In this document: piece by piece, positions 36,640-51,129 of the stretch
Position numbering within the stretch: position 1 is the stretch's first letter
How the letters are laid out: every line of letters begins with the position of its first letter
Assembly (NCBI GenBank): GCA_026770705.1
Contig: JANJGN010000038.1
Coordinates: 13,640,001-13,704,000 of the forward strand
Direction of reading: 5' to 3'
Length of the DNA stretch: 64,000 nt
Origin: Isurus oxyrinchus
Taxonomy: Eukaryota
Made by a program: the position numbers and the translations under genes
The notes under the pieces: generated by a model
Told to the model about the DNA's origin: nothing
Seen by the model: the letters and a program-made list of their open reading frames with translations, nothing else
Databases searched by the model: none

Positions 36640-37680
36640 TATCACTCGTGGGGTATCACAGGGATCAGTATTTGTGCCCCAGCTATTCAGAATATATATC
36701 AATGATTTGGATGTGGAACCCAAATTAATATTTACAAGTTTGCTGACGACACGAAACTCGGTGGGAATGTGAGCGATGAGGAGATTATTAAAAGGCTTCA
36801 AGGAGACCTTGACAGGTTGGCTGAGTGGGAAAATAATTGCCATATGCAGTATAACGTCGATAACTGTGAAGTTATCCACTTTTGTAGGAAACACAGAACG
36901 ACAGGGAATTATTTGAATGGTAATAGACTCGGAAATATTAATGTACAAAGGGGTCTGGGTGTCCTTGCACACTAATCACTGAAAGCAAACATGCAAGTGC
37001 AACAAGCAATTAAGAAGGCAAATGGTATGTTGGCCTTCATTGCGAGAGGGCTTGAGGACAAGAGCAAGGATGTCTTACTGCAGCTGTACAGGGCCTTGGT
37101 GATACTACACCTGGATAATTGTTTGTAGTTTTGGTCTCCTTACCTGGCAAAGGGTATACTTGCCATAGAGAGAGTGCAACGAAGTTTCACCAGAGTGATT
37201 CCTGGGATGGCAGGATTGTCGTATAAGGAGAGATTGGTCCGAATAGGCCTGTACTCGTTGGAAATTAGAGGAATGAGAGGAAATCTCATAGAAACATATA
37301 AAGTTCTGACAGGGATGGATAGACGGGATGCATGTATGATAGTTCCTCTGATTGGGGAGTCTAGAACAAGGGGTCAAAGTCTCAGGGTATGGGGTAGACA
37401 ATTTAGAACTGAGAAGAGGAGAAACTTCTTCAATCAAAGGGTGGTGAACATACGGAATTCTCTGCCACAGAGAGCTGTGGAGCCCAGGTTTTTGAATATA
37501 TATAAGAAGGTAAATGGTAGATCTCTGGGCTCTAAAGATGCTAAGGGGTATAGGGCCAGCGCAGGAGTACAGCATTGAGATAGGGGATCAGCTGTGATCA
37601 TATTGAATGGCGGAGCAGGCTCAACTGCCGCAATGACTTACTCCTGCTCCTCGTTTCTATATTTCTCCATATTCCTATCA
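36640..37680 (+). mobile_element. CR1 3' fragment in GPCR intron
   Basis: GVSQGSVFVP, KFADDTK region, LQGDLDRLAEW, MRGNLIETYKVL and CR1 tail. Confidence 0.9.
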
Positions 37681-39449
37681 CCTTTAAAACGTTATTTATG
37701 CCATTTCCTTTCTCTGTGTGGCGTTCCCACGTTTGATACAAGGTGTTTGTGACTGGTTTTTGGTTCTCCATGTTTCAATGCATTATTTTATATTTATTAG
37801 GTATTTGCCCTTTCCTACTTTAAAACGAAACATAATTTATCATTTTAATCACAGGAGACGCTCCTGTCGCATAAAGGACAACTTCTAAACAGCATCAACT
37901 GCAAAGCAGGATATTTGACACAGAAACCAGTAAAATGAATATCATTTTGTGTTTCAACCAATAGCGTTGCTGTTCCCAAGAATTGATAAAGACACTCTCT
38001 CTCACTCAATTTTTCTCACTCTCTCTTACAGCTAACTTGGCAGTGACTATGATCCTGTCTCGAGGAAGATGCGGTCTCTCCAGGTGCATCACTTACTATT
38101 TAGTTTCTATGGCCGTGTCGGACCTCATGGTCATTATCAATTCTGTGATATTAAACCGGATCACTGGTATTTATTTCTCGTTTAGTTTCTGGCCATCAGA
38201 CCGCTCTGCAGTCTCCGTTCTATCTTCAACTATGCAGCCTTAGGCTGTTCAGCACTGTTAATGGTCGCTTTCACCTTTGATAGATTTGTGGCCATTTGTT
38301 GTCAAAAGTTGAAAATAAAATATTGCACCGAGAAGGCGGCAGCGCTGGTTATCAGAACAGTCTATGCAATCAGCTGTTTTATAACTTCCTTCTTGTATTT
38401 GATTTATGAACCTTCGCACACAATTCACAATGTACCCTGGTTCTGCAGCATAAAAGGCATATTTTATACATCACCTTCTTGAGTGACATATGACTGGATT
38501 CTTCACATTTTTAACCCTTGCCTCCCGTCCATTCTGATTTTATTTCTCAATGCTCTGACTGTCAAGCACATTCTCACAGCCAGTCGGGCCCGCAGAAGAC
38601 TCCGAGCCCAGAGCAATGGAGAGAATCAGAGTGACCCAGAAATGGAGAGGAGGAGAACGCCCATTGTTTTACTCTTCACCATTTCAGGCAACTTCATCAC
38701 ATTATATTTGTTAACTTTTATAATCTTCCTCTACATCAGAATTGCGAGAGTTACTTATTTCTCTGGTTCCAATTTCAATGAATCAAATTTCATTCTGGAG
38801 GAAAGTGGATTTATCTTGAAACTTTTCAGTTCCTGCATCAATCTTTTTATTTATGCCGGAAGCCAGAGTAAATTCAGAGAGGAGTTAATAAATAGGGTGA
38901 AATATCTACTCAGTTTAATTTTTAAGTTATTTAAATTATGAGAAAGGTAAATCCTACACGAATGGCACATAATAACTGATCTGTTTGTTCTCCAGCTCTA
39001 TGTAACAACTGGCCTCTTTTCGCAGGTACAAAGTCACTCTCTTCACAATTTTTGCCCCTTGTGTAATTTTAAAATTGTATAAGGAACTATCACCACATAT
39101 TTCAGCTTTGCAGTGTGTTCTCGGTCAGTTTCTGGATCTTTTACCAGTTGTGACCCAAACCTGGTTCATTCTCACAGCTCCACGGGCGCCGCACTATCAC
39201 TACAGTAATATGGGTGAGAGAGTCTGGCCTGTCATCTCTCATTGTATACGAATTCTAATTGTCAAATGAAGGAATCTCAATATCCCGCCTGAGTAGAGAT
39301 TGGATCACGAGGGTAGAATACGCTCTGAAATTGGAATGCTTATTGTTCCATGCACTGTACCCCTTTTACTGAGCACCGACACGCACCCACACAGCTGTGT
39401 CACTGTCTTGTGTGCATACATCTAATAGGAATGTAATTAGTGGAAGGGA

Positions 39450-42400
39450 TTAGTTAAGTCTCTCAGAGGGGAGTGCGAGAGGAAGACGCTGGGACAGGAA
39501 TTCAGTAGCACCTACAGGTCAGTGTGAGAGGTGGACCCTGAGGCAGGCAGTCAGCAGAACCTTGAGGAGAGTGCGAAAGGAAGTTATTGTGACAAGCAGT
39601 CAGCAGCAGTTAAAGGAGAGTGTGAGAGGAAGACCCTGCGACAGGCAGTCTGCAACACCTAGAGGGGAATGTGAAAGGAGGACCTATTCCTTCCTGTCAG
39701 AGCCGAAGTGTGACATCAAAGGAAAAGAGGTATGTGATTGGTGGGAATTCCTTCAGTGTGTGGTTTGATTGGCCAAATATTTTAAATGTTACAAGAGCTG
39801 AAGAGTAAAGTTTAGAAATTTACTTTTAAAATAGTTAACATCCAAATTAATTAATTGAATAGAATAGGGTTGGCTGGGCAGTCGATGTGTTGCAGCTATA
39901 GTATGGGCAATTGGTGGTCGCTGGTATGATGCCCGGTGACTGCATCTGTAATAAATGTTGGCTGCTCGAGGAACTTCAGCACAGAGTTGATGAGCTGCGT
40001 CTGAGCTGCAGTCACTGTGATACACCTGGGAGCGGGAGTTTTACCTCGATACTGTGCTTCAGGAGGCAGTCACACCTCTTAGATTAATTACTTAAAATTT
40101 GGACCGTGGTAAGAGACTGGAGGGCGTGGCTGCATACAGGGCAGGTTCAGGGATCCACAATCTAGCTCTGGAGGAGCTTCAGCCAGTCCCTTGTCCAAGA
40201 GGTAAAAGGTTCTTGCTCCCACTGTGGACGTGGGCACAAACTGCATTGAGGATGAGCGAACAGACCCCACAACATCGTGGTACAGAACGCTTTTTAAGTG
40301 CAGTGAGGAAAGTGAAAACAGCTATTAATAGGAAATAGCATAGCTATAGGAATAGATACTGTTCTCTGCAGTAAAGACAGAACGCCCTGAAAGCTTGCTC
40401 TGCTGCCTCCCTGGTGCCAAGGTTAAGGACATCTCCTTTGGACTGAGAGGAACTTGGAGTGGAAGGCGAAGGATCCAGTTGTCGTGGTCTACGTAGGAAC
40501 CAAAGATATTGGTCGCACTAAGATAGAGCTGCTGAGGGGCTATGAGCAGATCGGGGCTAAATTAAAAAGCAGCACCACAGAAGAAATAACATTCGGATCA
40601 CTACCTGAGCCACGTGAAAATTAGCGTTGGACAAAAAAAGATTAGAGAGATAAGTGAGTGGCTCAAAGATTGGCGAGGGAGAAATGGTTTCCAATTGCTT
40701 AGGGTATTGGCACCAGTACAGGTGAAGAAGAGACCTGTACCGTTGGGATGGGCTTCGTTTGAACCATATTGGGACCATTGCCCTGGAAAATCTTATAACT
40801 AGGTTTGTTGATGGGATATTAAACCAATCATTATGAGGGGTGGGGGTAGGGTATGGATCAATTGAAGGGAAGTTTAAAAATCAAAAATAAACGAAACAGC
40901 AGAGGTATAGAGCAGTGAAGAGGTGAACGATGATCAAAGTGTAACAAGAAAGGGCAGAAAATATAAGCAGAAGAGTGCAGCAGAAATCAGAACCAGAATG
41001 GGCAATAATGGTGAAAAGTCAAAGCAAAAGGCTCTTTAGCTGGATTCCTGCAGCATTTATAACAAGATAGCTGAGTTGAAAGCACAAACAGAAATAAATG
41101 AATATGACTTGATAGCTATTACAGAGATGTGTTTGCAACGTGTCCAAGATTGGGAACCCAATATTCAAGGGACTTCGACTTTCTAAATAAGGAGAATTAC
41201 AGAGGTATGAAGACGAGTTGTCTAAAGAGGGCTGGGAAAATAGGCTAAGGGGAAGGTCAGTGGATGAGCAGTGGCAAACATTAAAGCTCATATTTCATAA
41301 CGTTCAACAAAGAATTATCCCTGGCAAAAAAAAGGACTTGAGAAGGATGAACCACCCACGCTTAACAAAGGTGGTCAAAGAGAGCATCGAGTCAAAACCT
41401 AGGGCGTCCAAATTGGTGAAAATTACTGGTAGGTGAGGGGATTCGAATTTTTTTGGAAGCCAACAACAGATTGCTAAAAAGATAATGAAGAGAGAGACAA
41501 TTGATTATGAAACTAATTTGGCAAGAATTATAAAAACAAACAGCAAGAATGTCTACGGGTATGTAAATAGAAAGTTTCGCTTAAGTGAGAGTGGGACTCT
41601 TGGAGGATACGATTGAAGAGTTGATAATGAGGAATACGGAAATCGCATGTAATTTAAATCAATATTTTGCTTCGGTCTTCATTGTGGAGGGCACGATAAA
41701 CATCCAAAATATATCAGACAATCGAGGAGCTAATGGAAGGAATGATTCTGTAAGTCTCTATCAGGAAGGAAAACGCATTTGACAAACTAATGGGACTAAA
41801 GGCAAACAAGTCGCCAGGACCTGATGGCCTGCATCCAAAGGTTTTAAAGGAAGCAGTTGCAGAAATACTGGAGGCATCGGTCGAAATATTCCAAAACTCA
41901 CTGGATTCTGGGAGGGTCCCAGCGGTTTGGAAAACTGCTAATGTGATGCCCCTGTTCAAGAGGAGAGGGAGACAAAAAGCCAAATGCAATATGCCAGTCA
42001 GCCTGACATCTGTCGTTTAGAAAAGCTTGAGTCTATTATTAAGGAAGATATAGCAGAGCATTTAGAAAAGCTTAATGCAGTTAAACAGAGTTAACATGGT
42101 TTTGTGAAAGTGAAATCATGTTTGACAAATTTGAGAGAGCTCTTTGAGGATAAAGAAAGCAGGGAAGTCTTGTTACAACTAAACAGGGTGTTGGTGACGC
42201 TGCACCTGGAGTATTATGCACAGTTTTGGCCCCCGTATTTAGGAAAGGATATACCGGCATTGGAGACAGTTAAAAATAGATTCACTAGGGCGGTTCCTGG
42301 TATGGGTGGGTTGATTATCTAGAACGGCTGAACACGTTAGGCCTTTATTAATCACAGTTTAGAAAAATGCGGGGTGATCTTATTGAAACGTGTACAATTC

Positions 42401-42760
42401 TGAGGGTTCTTGACAGGATTGATGTTGAGAAGATATTTCCACCAGTGGGAAAATCTATAACTAGGGAACATAATTGCAGAATAAGTGGACACATATTAAA
42501 AACAGAGATGCAAAGGAATTTCTTCTCTCAGAGGGAAGTGAATGTCTGTAATTCTTTAGCCAGAGTGTTATAGAGGCTAGATCACTGAAAGTATTTAAAG
42601 AGGAGGTAGATAGATTTTTGAAATATCGAGGAGTTGATGGCTATAAGGAGCTGGCACGAAAGAAGAGTTGAAGCCTGAACAGATCAGCCATGAACTTACT
42701 GAATGGCAGGTAAGGATTGAGGGGCCAAATGGCCTACTCCTGCTCATATTTCTTATTTAC
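39450..42760 (+). mobile_element. Old CR1 with 5' tandem repeats, ORF1 remnants and internally deleted ORF2
   Basis: Degenerate ~48 bp 5' repeats (GGAGAGTGTGAGAGGAAGACCCTG..CAGGCAGTCAGCAG), ORF1 CNKCWLLEELQHRVDEL, esterase remnants, KSPGPDGLHP and CR1 tail. Confidence 0.85.
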
Positions 42761-42762
42761 TT

Positions 42763-44730
42763 ATGAGAAAGGCAAACAGCAGTCGGAAACCGGGGGATTG
42801 GGAAGCCTACAAAGACCAACAGAGGACAACTAAAAAAGAAATAAGGAGGGAGAAGATTAAATATGAAGGTAAACTAGCCAATAATATAAAAAAAATTACA
42901 AAAGTTTTTTTAGATATAAAAAGGGTAAAAGAGAGGAGAAAGTTGACATTGGGCTGCTGGAAAATGACGCTGGAGAAGTAGTAGTGGGGAACAAAGAATT
43001 GGCGAAGGAACTGAATAAGCACTTTGCGTCAGTATTCATGGTGGAAGACACAAGTAACATTCCCAAAGTTCAAGAGAGTCAGGGGGCAGAGGTCAGTATG
43101 GTGGCCATTACCAAGGTGAAGGTGCCAGGAAAACTGAAAGGTCTGAAGGTGCATAAATCCCCTGGACCAGATGGATTACACCCCAGAGTTCTGAAGGAGA
43201 TAGCTCAAGAGATAGTGGAGGCGGTGGTGGTGATCTTTCAGGAATCACTGTAGTCAGGGATGGTCCCAGAGGGCTGGAAAATCGATAATGTAACCCCCCT
43301 GTTTAAGAAGGGAGTGAGGCAAAATATGGGTAATTACAGGTCGATTAGCCTGACCTCTGTCGTTGGAAAGATTTTAGAAACCATTATTAAGGATGATATT
43401 TCAGAATACTTCGAATTGCATGGTAAAATAGGGCAAAGTCAGCAGGGTTTCATCAAAGGGAAGGCATACCTGACAAATATGTTAGAATTCTTTGAGGAGG
43501 TAACGAGTAGCTTAGACAAAGGAGAGCCAATGGATGTTATCTACTTGGACTTCCAGAAGGCCTTTGACAAGTTGCAGCACAGGAAGCTGTTCAGTAAGAT
43601 AAGAGCCTATGATTTTGGCGGCAAGGTAGTAGGATGGATAGAAGATTGGCTGTCTGGCAGGAGGCAGAGAGTGGGGATAAGGGGATCCTTCTCAGGATGG
43701 CTGGTGACTAGCAGAGTTCCGCAGGGGTCAGTGTTGGGACCACAACTTTTCACTTTATATGTTAGTGATCTAGATGAGGGAACTGAGGGCATCCTGGCTA
43801 AGTTTGCAGATGATACAAAGATAGGTGGAGGGACAGTAGTATTTAGGAGGAAGGGAGGCTGCAGAACGATTTGGACAGGTTAGGAGAATGGCCAAAGAAG
43901 TGGCAGATGGAATACAACGTGGGGAAGTGTGGGGTCATGCACTTTGGTAGGAAGAATAGAGGCATAGACTATTTTCTAAATGGGGAGAGAATTCAGAAAT
44001 CTGGAGTGCAAAAGAACTTGGGAGTCCGAGTCCAGGATTTTCTTAAGGTTATCTTGCAGGTTGGTTCGGTAGTTGGAAAGGCAAATGCAATGTTGGCATT
44101 TATTTCGAGAGGACTAGAATATAAAAGCAGGAATGTGCTGCTGAGGCTTCATAAGGCTCTGGTCAGACCACATTTAGTATACTGTGAGCAATGTTGGACC
44201 CGTATCTCAGGAAAGGATGTTCTGGTCCTGGAGAGGGTCCAGAGGATGTTCAAGAGAACGATCGCAGGAATGAAAGGCTTAACACATGAGGAACGATTCA
44301 GGACTCTGCGTCTATACTCGATGGAGTTGATAAGGATGAGGGGGATCTGATTGAAACTTACAGAATACTAAAAGGCCTGGATAGAGTGGAAGTGGGGAAG
44401 ATGTTTCCCTTAATAGGAGAGACTAGGACCCGAGGGCTCAGCCTCAGAGTAAAGGGAAGACCTTTTAGAACAAAGATGAGGAGAAACTTCTTTAGCCAGC
44501 GACTGGTGAATCTATGGCATTCATTGCCACAGAAGGCTGTGGAAGCCAGGTATTGACTGTATTTAAGACCGAGATACATAGGTTGTTGATTGGTAAGGGG
44601 ATCAAAGGTTACAGGGAGAAGGCAGGAGAATGGGGTTGAGAAACTTATCGGCCATGATTGAATGGCGGAGCAGACTTGATGGGCCGAATGGCCAAATTTT
44701 TGCTCCTATGTCTTATGGTCTTATGGTTTT
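42763..44730 (+). mobile_element. CR1 ORF2 RT 3' half (younger copy)
   Basis: [35 protein letters not shown]; tail TCTTATGGTCTTATGG. Confidence 0.95.
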
Positions 44731-45879
44731 AAGGCAAAAGAACATTTAATTCACCTTCTACTCTGCTGATTAGTCTAACAGGACAGCATCGTCAGTGTTA
44801 TCAAAGAAAATGAAATAAACTTCACTAATTTGCCTCTTCTGAAAGGGATATAAACAAGAAGCAACATCATAAAAGAAAATATAAGTGTTACAATTCACTC
44901 TGTACAAAAATCCAATTTGTTTTCCGCCATTTTCCTACCCGCACGATGCAAAGATTGTGGAGTTGTTGACTCATCAATGCAATCAACCTCTATCAATTAG
45001 CCTATAAAAGAATCTGAACAAAGCGAGTAATGAGATTGTGGAGAGCTTTGAGAAGGGTTGGTTGAAATCATTGCTGCAGTACTAGTAGGGTCTAGCCTAG
45101 TTTTACTCGCGTTCCACGAGCAGCATTCCATTGATAAAAAGCAGCTGACAGGCCCATCACCTGAATGTGCTGGGTTGCTTTGGATGGACGCTATCCTGAA
45201 GTCACACAAACCAACAGGCTGAGGTGCCTCAAGATTCCAGATTTGTACCATTCACTTCAGCAGAACCTTGGGCACATCACTTTGCAACTGATGGACAAGA
45301 GAGATGCAATTTTGGCGATACACTGGTGCAACTTAAAGATCCAAGTAGCTTAATTGCTGGTAAGGCATTTCCCCCCGAAACTCTTCAGTATCTTTTGAAG
45401 GATTCTGAATTGTTTTTTAAGGGAAGTTGGTGATTTTGTGTGGATGTGTTGTACTTCATAAAGGTTGCATGAAATGGCAGGAGAACCATTAAGATTACAG
45501 CAAAACTGGTAGGACATAACAGAGATAGATGAGAGGGAAGGCTCTATTCAATACTCTCTTACAAATTTGAATTTGACACCTCCGCTCTTTTCACTGATGG
45601 GAAACAAGCTAAAGCATCGAGCATACCGATGTGTCCTTACATTTGTGATTTCCTCCATAACGTCCCCTCCAGTTCCTTGACTTGGCGCTCTGCAACAGAA
45701 GGTGTATGGTTTGTTTTGGGGCAGCCCCCTGTTAGCAGAAACACCACACGTGTTGCCACTGCAAAAGAGCAGTGCTGAAAAACGCTAAACAGACAATTGA
45801 ATATTGTTTGTTTTCCTTATTTCCCAGATATTCTAATGGGTGGAATAATTATAACCTCCTGTGAATTTCGTTCTTCCCT

Positions 45880-48290
45880 CATTACTTACGTCAAACTTAT
45901 ATTGTTTTATTCACTGTCGTATGTTCTCGTCCCTTAATAATCATGCGATACGTTTTGCCTTTTACCATGATGACAGACTCAAAATATCTGTTCAACGCTT
46001 CCGCCATTTCCTTGCTTCCCATTATTAATTCCCGAGGATCACCTTCCAAGCATCCAATGCTAATTTCGTTACTCTTTTTTGATATATATACATACATCTA
46101 ATGCACACACATATGTATAATTTTCTCCTGAGCTTTCTCTCTCGCACTAATTTCTATCTCCTTATTGTTTCTTTTTAGTAGTTATTTGCTTGTTTATAAA
46201 GTCTACCTAACATTCTGATCTTTGCTGTAAATTTGTTTCAATGTGATACTAACTTTAACTTCTTAAATTATCCACGAATGGTGCACGCTTCCCATTGAAT
46301 ATTTATTTCTCATTGGAATTCATCTTTCCTGAGAGTTGTGAAATATTTCCTTAAATATCTATCACTAGGAGCTCTTTTACCCAGGTGTTATGAATTAATT
46401 GTGACTCATTGTGCATTACCATGTCTGAAATTGCCGACAACCTGGTTGGTACGAGAACATACTGTGTTTAGATATTGAACACCATGAACTCATCTTCTTG
46501 GCTGCCTTGTTAATCTGATTGGTGGAACCTATATGAAGATTAAAATATCTGGCTTTCCATTGACTTTCTTTCAAGCCATATTTATTTTTCCTGTATACTC
46601 CGTACTATGATGTAAATACTTTTAGGGAACCTATAAACTACTCCCACAAGAGAATTCTGACATCTGCTGTTTCTTATCTCCTCCCAATCTGATTATACAT
46701 CTTGACCTTGTGAACAAAGGTCATCGCTCACTACTGTACTAATGTTAACCTCAGTTATCCAAGCTATGCCGCCACCTATTTCTAGTTTCCCGCCATTCTG
46801 AAATTTGGAAGACGTTTGATTAGTCATTTAACATCTATGGTCAACTTGCAACGACCTCTGTAAAGCGTCAATCAGGCCATGCATATTTATGTCTACTGAT
46901 GTTATCAATTCATTAATTTTGTTCTGAATGCTGTGCACATTCAGATACACAGCTTAAAATCCTGCTTTTTGTTACCAATCTCGTAAACACCGGTTTATAC
47001 ACTCTGTCACTTCCTGCCACACTCTGGTTACCATTAAACATTTCACTGTCCTGCCCTATTTCCTTGTTCTTTATCCTTAATTCACCACATTTCCTCTCAA
47101 GTGATCGCTGTACCCCTGACACTCCCAACAACAGTCCCCAGCAACCACCCCCTCTCCCGACTCCCGGAATATTTAGCTTAAAGCCCTCTCCACCGCCCTA
47201 GGTATAGAACACGTCAGAACACAGATCCCAGTATGACTCAGGTGAAAACCATCCCACATTCCCGCTTTCTACAGTACTGGCACCAGTGAGCCATGAAGTG
47301 CAACCAATTTCTCACACATCACCCTTTGATCGATGCATTCCACTCCGTACTCACATTTATCATGTGATAATTTGCGGCGCGGCTATCTCATTAATGCAGG
47401 GATTATTGCCTTTCTGGTCCTGCTTTTTAAACTTAGACCCTAGCTACCTATAATCCATAAGAAGCAGCTCTAACTTGGTCCGATCTATGGCCCTGGTATC
47501 TACAAGTTCTATGGAAACTTCATATTCCATCTCCAACACGGAACTCATGTCCTGACTTGCAACACCGGGCAGATGACAGAGCCTTCTGGACTGAAACTCT
47601 CAGCTGCAGAAACCCGTGTCGACCCCCTGGCTATACTGTCTCCTACTTGCTCTAGATGTCTGGTTAATACCCCACACCCCCATTTCAATGGCTTCCTGAA
47701 CCTCGAATCCATGGCCAGATCAATTATCAATGCTACAACCAACGATTTGGTTCACATGAGCTCCAAGTACCTAATACCGATTTGACCATTGCAACGGCTG
47801 AGGCTGCTCCACTTCAAACTTCTCAATCTCCATATCTGACTTACTCACAGCCATTCCCTTCACTGTATGACAACGGACCAAATCAGGAGACCCTAGCCAA
47901 AGCCATGTGTCTGCCACCTGGAACAAAGTGCCCAGGTAACTTTCGCCGTTCCTGCAGCATCGCAGCATCCAAAGCCCAGGGTCGAGCTCACTAGCTCTCA
48001 GATGAGTTACTTGAGCTTCAGACACTTACTGCATGTGTGGATGATATAGACATCCACCAGCACCTACATACTACAGTTGCAACACAACACCTCCCTTACT
48101 CTCCATATTATGATTTAATTAATTAATCAATTAATTGATTTCTTTGTTACGTTTCAATCAATGCTTCTCGGCCCAGTTCTGCTTATGTTTTATTCCTTTA
48201 TCATTCAATTAATCTCATACTGAGACATCGTCATTAAACTTCCCCGTTTAAAAAATAGAGAAAGAGAAAATACTCACCAGACAATCACTT
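45880..48290 (-). mobile_element. Old CR1 (5' UTR, ORF1 esterase and start of ORF2)
   Basis: Minus-strand VGDSIARG..ICPVLQV (esterase), a CxKC/leucine-zipper remnant near 48000-48090, and ELIMGSKEMAEALNRYF. Confidence 0.75.
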
Positions 48291-49699
48291 ATCTTCTTGG
48301 CTATTGGATCACTCTTCGAGTTCTCCACAATGCTCTGAATTCACAGGCCCACCCGTTGAGATCTACAAACTCTCGTTGCTGTCTCCAGATATCTCTTTAT
48401 TTCTGGTCTGCAGTTTGTTTCTTCTGCAGTTAATGGAGGCTGAGAGATGGTTCAAAAACTGGTGCCTCTTTGCTCCTCGGCATCTAATTCCCACTTAAGC
48501 CAATTTCCTGACTGTTCACGCGGCTTACTTCACACTCCTGTGTAGTTTCCTCTCTGTGTGTCCCGCTTACTACATTGAAGAGCCAACGGTGAACAGTTGA
48601 CTGAAACGAAAGAGGCGGTGTGGATACAGCGTCTTAACTGTAAAAGTGGGCTCAAATCAATTGGTTAAAGGATAAAAAGTTGCAATGATAACATGCTAAG
48701 TGAAAGAGAAGGAGTTTGAGGAAGCAGAGAAAAAGGAAGAAAGGACTCGAGGTAGCAGAGTAATTGGATGGAAGGAGTGATGCACTAGTAGAAAGAGTGG
48801 AGAGACATTGTGGTAAATGGGAGAGCTACAATTGGGATGGGAATGTAAGTTGAAGTGGTGTATAGAGGCAGTGTGAAAATTGAATGAGGTATTCTGGATA
48901 ATTGGAAGAGGTGCAGGAGGATGTGTCATTGGAACTATTTCACATAGGCATTGAAATTTGCTATTGATATGAAATTCGGAACGTTTCAAACAGAAGGTAG
49001 GAATGAAAGCTTGGAAGAGAAATTGAGGCATGGGACATTGAAAATGCGAATCCTAAAACATAATACTCCCAACAGAGAGTAACAATATGAGGAATGCAGA
49101 TGAAATGATTTCAAAGCGTGTGATTACGGATGGTGAAGGCTACTAAAAGGGTACTTTGGTCTCTGAGTTTTACAAGGGTGTTGGGTAGAACCTGTATCCA
49201 AGGTGATGTGAATTCATGCATAACATAGACAAAGCCGCAGATTGCCTACCGGGTGTTAATTGTGAACTTAGGTATACACTGCTGCACTACATTGATTGGA
49301 TGGTTACTTGAGCACTTTTGAAGAGAGACTTACTGACACAATTGACTGCATATTACTGTTACACGTCAATGGAAGGTTCTGCACGCTGTGTTCAGCTGTG
49401 TTTCAACTTCCAGAATCGCCATCAGCGCACACATAATAGCATGGTAACTGCAACCAGTTAGCGCCCAGGACGGGTTACAGAGCATCATCCTGCCAAATGA
49501 CAGGTGAAGGGAGGCATGTCCGGTCTCTGAGGCTGCAGATCATGACTCAAAATAAAGTAAGGTCCAACACGCTGAAGGGCCCCTTGGCACGGAACAGTGT
49601 CAGGTAAACCATCAGATGGTCTCCCGAGTGCATCTTTTGTATCTGATGACGATTTGTGCATTTTCCAGTCTGGACAGATAAGCCAATTTAATTTATGGC

Positions 49700-50400
49700 T
49701 AAAGTAAAAGTTGAATACTGTGGACGTTGGAAATCTGAAATTTAAAAACAAAATCAGAAAATACTTGAAAAAGCTCAGCAGGTCTGGCAGCATTTGTGGA
49801 GGTCGAATCAGAGAATGTTTTGAGATCCTGTGACTCTTCTTCAGACTTAAATAGCGGTAGAAATACGATGGGTTTTACACTGGTGAAGCGAAGGGGTGGA
49901 GCAAAGTAGAATCCAGAGATAGTGGGGATCACAAGAGAGATTTGACAAAGATGCCATGTACAGAAGCCAATGGTAGTGCTAAAGACTAAGGCCGGTGCCA
50001 ATAGTGGTATAAATGTCAGATAGCAGAATGTGATAACAGCAGAACAAGGTTCCGTGCTATGTGGAAGCAAAACATAGGAACACGTTAGAGACGGCCCTCG
50101 TAAAAGGGCAGGGGGTGGGTGTGGTAAAAGTATCAAAATAGAGGGCAGAGTGCATGGTCTAAAGTTGTTGAACTCAATGTTAAATCCAGGAGCCTTTAAA
50201 ATGCCTAATCAGAAGATAAGGCTTATAATTAGGTGCTTTACAGCCTTCTGGACTTAACACTAAGTTCATGGCTTCAGACCTGCATGTTGATTTCTTTCCC
50301 CAACCATATCCTCCCACAGGGCAAATCTGTAACTTGTTTTTTTGCTTTGCTTTCACAGACGCTGACCTGTCAGTAACACATTCTGCCATCTGACCTTTAC
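49700..50400. mobile_element. Older Penelope-like 3' end (- strand) joined head-to-head to a short + copy
   Basis: Minus strand encodes the PLE ORF end (GFNIEFNNFR-like) and terminal repeat CTGAAGAAGAGTC...GCTGCCAGACCTGCTGAG. From ~50230 the same ORF end recurs on +. Confidence 0.7.
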
Positions 50401-50449
50401 ATCAGCATTAACACCTACCTTAGACTTTATCACTATCATTACCATTCTG

Positions 50450-51120
50450 TCTTAGGAACATAGTAACAGGAAAAGACCATTCAGCCCGTCGAGCCTGCTT
50501 CGCCATTCAATACGATCATGGTTGAACGAACAGTTCAATGGCTTTTACCCACACTATCTCCACAACACTTTATGTTATTAATGAGAAATCTGTCAATCTC
50601 TACCTTAAGCATATGGAATTGCTAAGGTTTCACGACCCGCTGGGGTAGAGAAATCCAAAGATTTACAACCCTCTGAACAAAGAAATTTTCCCTCATCTCG
50701 ATCCTAAGTGGCATCCCCCTAATTTCGAATTTGTGACCGTTGTTTCTACACTCAACAACCAGGGAAAAATCTTATCTGCATCAACCCTGTCTATACATTT
50801 AAGAATTTTGTAGGTTTCAATGAAATCACCTCTCTTTCTTCGAAACTCTAGAGAATACAAGCCCAGTTTCCTCAACCTCTCTTCATCAGACAGTTCCCCA
50901 AACCCAGGAGGAAGCCTGGCGAATCTTCGTTGCACTCCCTCTATGGCAATAATACCCATCCTAAGGTAAGCGGACCAAAACTGCCCACAGCACTCTAGTT
51001 GCGGTCTAACCAAGCTTCTATACAATTGAAGCAAGACTTCAATACTTCTGCACTCAAATTCTCTTAAGGTAAAGGCCGACATTCCATTAGCCTTCCTATC
51101 TGTTTGCTGCACCTGTATGT
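50450..51120 (-). mobile_element. CR1 3' fragment
   Basis: LLQLYRSLVRPQLECC...RGDFIETYKIL plus tail. Confidence 0.9.
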
Positions 51121-51129
51121 GTTGTGTGC

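Larger units (their letters stand above)
34653..38941 (+). pseudogene. GPR139-like GPCR pseudogene (exon 1 34653-34722, exon 2 38032-38941)
   Basis: Exon 1 is MHGSRKDLFFAIYDAFLAAIEVP+G|GTAAAT. The acceptor ctctcttacAG joins to (A)NLAVTMILSRGRCGLSRCITYYLVSMAVSDL. There is a 1-nt frameshift near 38189 and an in-frame TGA at 38480-38482 (Trp in the paralogue). FTFDRFVAIC and SDPEME motifs are shared with the minus-strand gene. Confidence 0.9.
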
